This document shows positions 56,969 to 64,000 of a stretch of 64,000 nt of DNA, piece after piece. Made by a program: the position numbers and the translations under genes. The stretch covers positions 531,669 through 595,668 of the forward strand of contig JAWQFM010000033.1 in the NCBI GenBank assembly GCA_033442325.1, written 5' to 3'. The first letter of the stretch is position 1. The number at the start of each line of letters is the position of its first letter. Origin of the DNA: Salpingoeca rosetta. Lineage: Eukaryota > Protista > Choanoflagellata. The notes below the pieces were generated by a model, which worked only from the letters and a program-made list of their open reading frames with translations, searched no databases and was not told the DNA's origin.

Positions 56969-57978
56969 TCGTTTTCTTTCCACACCGTCTGTGTTACTGT
57001 GTTTCCCACTCTTTGCATCCTGTACGGAAGAACAGAGATTGCTTGTGTGTGTGTGTGTGTGTGTGTGTTGATGCGTGTATGTGTATGTGCATATCTCTGT
57101 GTGGTGCATCTTCACTTCACACACAACCTCAGTGTGGCTCACGTTCCTGTTTACCTGTGCCTTTGTGCCCGCCTTTGTCTTGGCCTAGTCCTGTTCTGAC
57201 ACCATGTCCGGCAGCATGAGCTCTGCGACATTCAACGCAGTACGTACAAAGGAATGCGACCATGCTGCTGTGTTGCACGTTCACTTGGCCACAGCACACA
57301 CACACACACACACTCTCCCCTGCCCATTGCATCTCACTCAAACACAACACAACATGTTCCTTGCTTTCTGCCTGCTCTGTGCGTGTCGTGCCTTGAATCG
57401 TGTGCTGTTGCACATAAGCAGGCCTCAAGGGTAAGCGGAAACAGCAGGTGTTCATGGTCTGTCGAGTACAAGCTGGATTGCATGATACACGTGTTCGTCC
57501 TGCCAGCAGAAGCAGACCAGCATCACGATCGTCGCCACCACAGCGCAACCACCATCACCACAGCGCCGTTATCATTTCTCCTCTGCAACACAGCTGCTTG
57601 TGTGTGTGTGTGTGATGTTTGCATTCACCCTCTGTGCTCACCCACACTCTCTGCCCAACCCCTTTCAACCACCACAACGCCGTTCTGTCGACACCAGCAG
57701 GCTTCACGCAACAGCGTGGTACGTCAACCACCGACCACAGTCACCACAGACAGCAACAACCATCGCAGCCACCAACCATCACCACCACTACCACCACCAC
57801 GGTGCAATCACCACAACACGTGCTGTGATTTCGGCTTCCGCCACGATGTTCTAGGATGTTGCTCATACCCGCACCCACCTCATGTTCTCGTGCATAAAAC
57901 CCACCCCCCGTCTTTTCTTTTCAGAGAGACTTGAAACGAACTGAAACCCGCGTGGCCTCCAAGGTTCTGCAATTGCGC

Positions 57979-60900
57979 ATGCACAAGCACACATTGACAC
58001 AGCACTGCCTTGCGATGCAGCAACCGAATCCCCCACCCCCTCACACCCCCCGCCACAGACCGGTATCACCTCTTACCCCACCGTCACAACACCATCGTCA
58101 TGCACAGGCATCCATCATAACGGAGGCAGCCGCGCGGTTTGCGACCATTACGCAGCTGCAAGAAGTATGCGCGCAGCAGCAAGGCAGCAGCGGCAGCAGC
58201 AGCAGGCTGGACGACATGCTCTATCTGCTGGAAAGATGGACCCTGGATGAGTGCAGCTCAATGATTGACAGACTGCAGCACGTATTGGAGGAGAAGGAAG
58301 AGGGTGTGCGGGCCGCACAACAACAGCTTGCGGCTGCACAGGCGGAGCATGACAAGGTCTGGGCGGCCCTTGCGCGGGAGCAGATGGAGAGGATGATGGC
58401 GGAGGTGGAGAGGGTGAAGCGCGATGCTGAGCGAGTGAAGCAGCAACAACACAGGCAGCAGCGCATGCGCGACAGGCAGCAGCGCATGCGCGACAGGCAG
58501 CAACGCATGCGCGACAGACACGACAGACAGCAACGCATCCAGGAGGCGAGGAACGTGAATGCACAGCGGATCGGGGACAAGAGAAATGAGCTCACGCACG
58601 CACAGGCCGAAGCTGGTTTGGCATCGCCGACCGACCAACAGGCATTTGCAGCGGCGGAGAGGAATGTGACTCAGTTGGAGGAACAGCTTGCCACGCTGCT
58701 GGTGCAACGTGATAACCTGCGCAGAGCGATGGAGAAAATCATCAAGGAGAATGAAGAAGAAAGGATGAGGGATGAAGAGGAGAAGGTGCGGGATGAAGAG
58801 GAGAGGGTGAGGGAAGAAGAAGAAAGGATGAGGGAAGAAGAGGAGAGGGTGAGGGATGAAGACGAGAGCACAGGGGAAGAAGAAAAACGGATGAGAGAAG
58901 AAGAAAAGAGGAGGAGGGATGAAGAAGAATGGACGAAGAAGTGGCAGCAACAGCAACACAAAGTGTGGGTGCGCGCGTTGACGACATTGCTGCAGGCGGC
59001 AGGTGAGCCGCTGCCACACACCACAAGTGCCGAGCATCTGTGGACTGTGGTGTCGCAGGTGGTGGACGACGCCCTGGCGACAGCATGGGAGGCCGGCCTT
59101 GTGCCCGCCGCTGCTGGCCCGCCCCGACTGGCCACTATCACTCTATCTGCTCTCCAAGATATCGAGAAGCGCGTTGCGGAGAAGAAGATCAGCTCACTTG
59201 CCGCGATCAGAGACGGTATGCTGTCATCCACCTCTTTGTGTGTTTTCGTGCGGATGTGGTGGTGAAGACGGCCCTGCTTGTTTTGGTTGTCTTGATGACA
59301 CAAGGTCAAGCGTCCACCTGTTTGCGTGTGTGTGTGTGTGATGTTTTGCGTTGATGTCACACAGCGCACAACACGTTTGCTTGTATCGTCGTTGTCACTG
59401 TCACTGCCATTGCCACTGTAATGATCGCTGCCTTTGTCACTGTGTCACAGTTACTGTCGTTGGCATTTGCATTGGTAGCCTCCACCACCATAGTCACGCA
59501 TGCGACACATTCACGCTTGTTTTGACAATTCTCCGCCCCTCATGCGCGCTGATTGCACTGCTATGTGTGTGTGTGTGCGTGCAGAATTCTTCTTCATGAC
59601 GCCACCAAGCAGCATCACCAAGCCCGAGAAGAACCCGTATCTCGTCTACTGGCCGGACAATGCCCAGTTCTTCACCGACATATGGCGAGAGCCACTCGCA
59701 AAACAGGTGCTGCAATGCAATGACATCCGTCGCCGCTGCGCTCTGTGTGTGCGGGCGGTGCTGGTGGAACAGTAGTGCTGTGCTCATTTCTGTAAACGTG
59801 CATGTGCGTGCATGTGTGTGTGCGAGCGAGAATATATGAGTGCGACTGTGTGCTTGTGTATTTCTGTGCTTTTTTGTGTGCTTGTATGTGTGTGTGTGTG
59901 TGTGTGTCTCATGTGCTTGGTGTCATTATCATCACCACCACCACTAAACGACGTGCCGCCATGTGTGCACTCCTCCCCATGCCACTCACCAACCGCCCGT
60001 CCCGCACGCCTTTGTGTCAACACACTCGTGTGTATGTGCATGTGTGCGTGTGTGCATGCGTGCTTGTTTTCGCGTTTCCAGTTTGAGCTGAAGGCTGATG
60101 ACATCACGCCACAAGCAGTGATTGCAAAGATTCACGAAATCGAACAGCTGCTGGTCTCCAGCGCCGACCCACACTGCCCCCGCGAGGACCGAGTGACGCT
60201 TGACCTACCACAAGGTAAGGACGTGGCGAAGTCTGTTGTTGCCTGTGTTTGCACTGCTTTCAGTTTCAAGTGCACGTGCAGACACGTGTACTTGGCCCTG
60301 GAGCGTTTATCAGCGTCGTTATCATCATGTGGTGTTTGGTGGTGTATTGCCGATGTGTGCGCAAGCGCACATGAAGGGTTGTGATGTGAGATGTGATTGT
60401 GACACCATCGTGCAATGCGTGCACGTTTGCATCTCACCCCTGCCTATACACACACACGCACACGCACACACACACACACACACACGCACACACACGCACA
60501 CACACACACACACATACACACACACACACACTACACACCGCGCGCTCGCAGGTTTGCCTTCACCAAAACTGCTGACAACAGGATGGGCCAACGAAGCGGA
60601 GATGCGTACCGATATCGCTCAGCACCTCAACGCCATGGCTTTGCGCCTCGGAGCCTGGGTCACGTTCAACAGTGAGGTCCCAATCATGACGTACGTTGTG
60701 CGGTGCATGTTGTGCCCAGTCGTTGGCGGGTGTTTGCTGTATCCTTGTTCCCGCTCTCTTGCGTGCCCTGTGCTGCTTGTGGTGCTGCGAGTGCCGACTT
60801 CTTACAGGGAACGTGCCGTGCTCTTGTTGCGCTTGCCGCCTTGCGTTGGCCAGGTTCAAGCCAGGCACCCGCCCCACAACAGACATTGTGATGGTGGATG

Positions 60901-62458
60901 GTCGTACAAACACAAAAGTGGCCGTGTTTGAGCTCACGCTAGGCGAGGATGCTGACTCGCTTGGCCAGTTGGCAGCGTACGCACACCACGCGATTGTGGC
61001 GAACGTGCACCGCATTGCAGGCGAGCACGTGCCTCTGGAGAAGCTGCCCCTGCTCGCTGGGCTGGCGATGTTTGGGCTGCGTGTCAACCCGGTGCAGACC
61101 ACCGTTGTGGAGTTTATGGTGGCCAACGCCGGTGGAGTGGTGAAGGTGGTTGCCCACAACATCATGTCCATGCCGACGAAGAACATTGGGCAGGCTGCTC
61201 TGGCCATTTCCTGCTTTGCGGACTTCCTCCACGCGAAGTACGCCCACGCCATCAAGCAGAACACTGAGCATGGCAGCGACTTTGCGCTGAATGTCATGAA
61301 GCCCCATGTGCTGCACTTCAACCCCGACAGCGGCAAAGGTGTGTTGTTTGCTGCTTGCTCGTCTGCGTCTGTATGTGCGTGTGTGTGTATGCATGTGTGG
61401 GTGTGTGCATGTGTGTGTGCCTGCGTCTGTATGTAGTATGTGTGTGTGCATACATGCGCCTGTCTCTCCGCCCCCTCCTCTCTCTGCCTCTCTCTGCTTC
61501 TGTTTGTGTGTGTGTGGTTGAAAGGCGGTCGCTGTGCAGCGTTGTATGCACCATTGCGCCCATGCCTGTGCTCGTGTGTGGTGTGATTCATATGATGCTG
61601 GTTGTGCTTATCGCTGTGCTGTTAGCAGAGGCACCGAAAGTGCTCAGTTCCGTCGCCAACAAAGGCAGCGGATACGTGTGCAAGTTCATCAAGACTGGGC
61701 ACCGTGCTGGCGACTTGTGTGCTGAAGAGATTGAGAACATGTGGAAGTATGTCAACGGGCAACGCGCTTGCAGTCGCATCCCCACCACCAACAGCAAGAG
61801 CAGCACCACGAACACCACCAGCAGCACCACGAACACCACCAGCAGCAACATCATCAGCAGCAGTGGCAACGACACGCAGATGATTGCGGTGCCCCACCTC
61901 GGGTCGACCCGCGCTCACATTCACGAACAGCACGTGGTGCAGCTCTGCAACAGCTTGTTTCTCCTGTCAGCGGCTGGTCTCGTTCACCATGACATTCGCT
62001 GCGCCAACGTGGTCGTGAGCGGCGACAAAGCCTCTCTTATCGACTTCGAACTGGCTGGCTGTGACGCCGATGTCATGGAGGCAGCGGAACTCGAGCCGGC
62101 TGAGGTTGCTCTTCGCAGGGACCTGCCTGAGCGGTCAGCACGCATCCGTGCAGCTGGTGACGAGCGAGTGAAACGCCACATCGAGGATGACTGGATTGCC
62201 ATGTTCTACGTGTGCGTTCTCCGGTCTGCGCTCTACAAGAGGGCACCGCAGATGGCACACAGGGCAACCAAGGACGCCATGCTGGCCGCGTTGGAACAGC
62301 TCGAGCAGCAGCAGCAGCAGCAGCAGGGGAAGGGGAAGCAAGGGGAGAAGGAGGAGGGCCATGTGGTGCTGGTCGGGATGAACCCGACGCTGCCGCAGTC
62401 GTGTGATTTGCTGGGCTGCATCAAGAAGGTCATCAAGGACATCCCGCTGTACGACTGA
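57979..62458 (+). CDS. Coiled-coil + PD-(D/E)xK nuclease-like (ExK changed to ExT) + protein kinase gene, copy 2; frame intact
   Basis: Exons 57979(or 58015)-59215, 59585-59706, 60082-60214, 60552-60690, 60854-61338 and 61626-62458 splice in frame with GT-AG. Motifs PTTDIVMVD...VFELT...LGQLAAY, HHDIRCAN, IDFE and EDDWIAMFY. Confidence 0.85.
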
Positions 62459-63253
62459 GCTCGACGTGTCCGCGCGCTTGGGAGACAGGGAGCCATGTGC
62501 TCGTGTGTGTGTGTGATTATGTGTGTGCATGTGTGTGCATGTACGTGATTGATTGTAATTGCGCGGGGAGTGCATGCCTACACGTGTAAAGGAGGGAGAG
62601 AGAGAGAGGGGGGGGGGGAGAGACGTGTGGAGGACAGTGTGTTTGCGTGCATGTGCATGTGCACACGATGCTGTTCTTTGCTTTGCTTTGCTTTGCTTTG
62701 CTTTGCTTTGTTTTCTTACACGTCCATATGTGTCTGCAATACACTGCATAAGCTACAGTGATGTATGTGATCACGAATAGCGCTTTGCGGTGAACAGAGC
62801 ACAGAAATGGAATGTGTGTGTGTGCGGATGTGAGGGATGTGTGTGTGTGTGTGTGTGTGTGCGTGTATGTGTTTGAAGGACTGTTCTATTGACTGTCAGT
62901 CTGCCGTTCTGCGTTGTCGCATTGTCGTTGTCGTTGTCGGTGATGAGAAGTGATGTGAACAACCACTCGACCACGCTGATGTTGATGGTCGGCGTCACAG
63001 TCACTTGTGCTTGACAAGGGAATGGTTGGGTTGTGATTGTTAACGAGTGGCTTCCCAGCACTGCCTCTGCTGCACCGCTCGTTGACACGGGTGCCCTGGT
63101 CGTGAGGGTCGTCGGTGGGCGATTGAAGTATTGGTTGTGTGTGCCTGTGTGCGGTGGTGGTGGTGAGGAACGTGTCGTGTCACAACGTCACCATGCTGGG
63201 TGAGAGACAGGCGTTGCATTCATTGCTGAGAAATTTTATGTTGACTGGGAAGG

Positions 63254-63448
63254 ATGATGATGATGAGACGCAGGATGATGGTGGTGGCGGTGGTACAACT
63301 GCTCGTGTTGATGTGTTGCGGTGTGGCGGCGTCGCATGTGTCTTCTGGTAGGAAGGCGTCCATCTTCTTTCTGCTCACGGATGACCAAGACGTCGACATG
63401 GGCTTTGTGTCCCAGCCCAAGCTCGTCAGCCTGTGGCAGAAGCAAGGC
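63254..63448 (+). pseudogene. GNS-type sulfatase exon 1, copy 2
   Basis: Identical to the exon at 50313-50507 (…IFFLLTDDQDVDMGFVSQPKLVSLWQKQG). Downstream exons are not within readable sequence. Confidence 0.8.
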
Positions 63449-64000
63449 GGTGTGTGTGTGTGTTCGTGCGTGTGTGTGTGTGTGTGCGTGTGTATGAGAG
63501 AGTGTGTGTGCGTGTGCATGTGCGTGTGTATGAGAGTGAGTGTGTGTGTGTGTATGAGAGAGAGTGTGTGCGTGTGCATGTGCGTGTGTATGAGAGAGAG
63601 AGTGTGTGTCTGTGTGTCTGTGTGTGTGTCTGTGTGTGTGTGTGTGTTTGCAGCTGTAGCTGAGGCTATGTCAAGCTGTATGTCAAGCTGTATTGTGGTG
63701 TGTCTGCCATGCGTTTTGAGTAGGTATTTCTACCTCAAGTTCTGAGTACCTACCAGCCCACCCCGTGCTGCTCGCTCGCGTGGAAAGCAGTTGGGCACAT
63801 GCCTTGCGCACAGTCTGTGTTGTACTATGTCACCGAGCTGCTGCTGAGAGGAGCTGTCCCCAGCTCATATTCGTCGTCTCACATTTAAGACAGTTGTCTA
63901 GCATTCATTAGGTGTCGGTGTAGAATCGGTAGGTAGAACGGTGAACGACCATATGGGTGGGTAGGGTGAGGATGGTTGTCAGGGTGAATATGACTAGATG

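Noticed and set aside
63700-64000. Apparent new sequence or insertion truncating sulfatase copy 2
   Set aside because: It begins as a progressively garbled version of 50730-50830, which is typical of a low-quality read end near a contig end. It cannot be treated as a real junction.

Overview
This is eukaryotic, intron-rich DNA in which almost every intron carries microsatellites ((CA)n/(TG)n, (ACTC)n, (GTTT)n, (GAT)n). The style, together with SH2 and classical PTP genes, fits a choanoflagellate such as Salpingoeca rosetta; that is an inference. Most ORFs in the supplied track are microsatellite noise, so genes were rebuilt by hand from GT-AG exons and exon limits are approximate. Bases 1-41 kb hold ordinary single-copy genes: a secreted LamG plus carbohydrate-binding protein (-), a PAN2 homologue that appears to lack its nuclease domain (+), a KH-domain Q-rich protein (+), a small SH2 protein (-), COX5B (+), NUP50 (+), an orphan helical ORF (-) and a non-receptor tyrosine phosphatase (+). 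From about 41.2 kb to the end is a tandem duplication with a period of about 12.8-12.9 kb. Its core gene encodes coiled coil + PD-(D/E)xK restriction-endonuclease fold + protein kinase, an architecture like Crinkler/RHS effectors. Around that gene lie truncated, co-oriented, intron-retaining fragments of housekeeping genes: a dicarboxylate carrier, a GNS-type sulfatase, an EB1 C-terminal exon and an Spt5-like exon. The two effector copies have nearly identical introns and kinase domains but differ strongly in the coiled coil and in exons just before and within the nuclease. One copy has lost the catalytic Lys.
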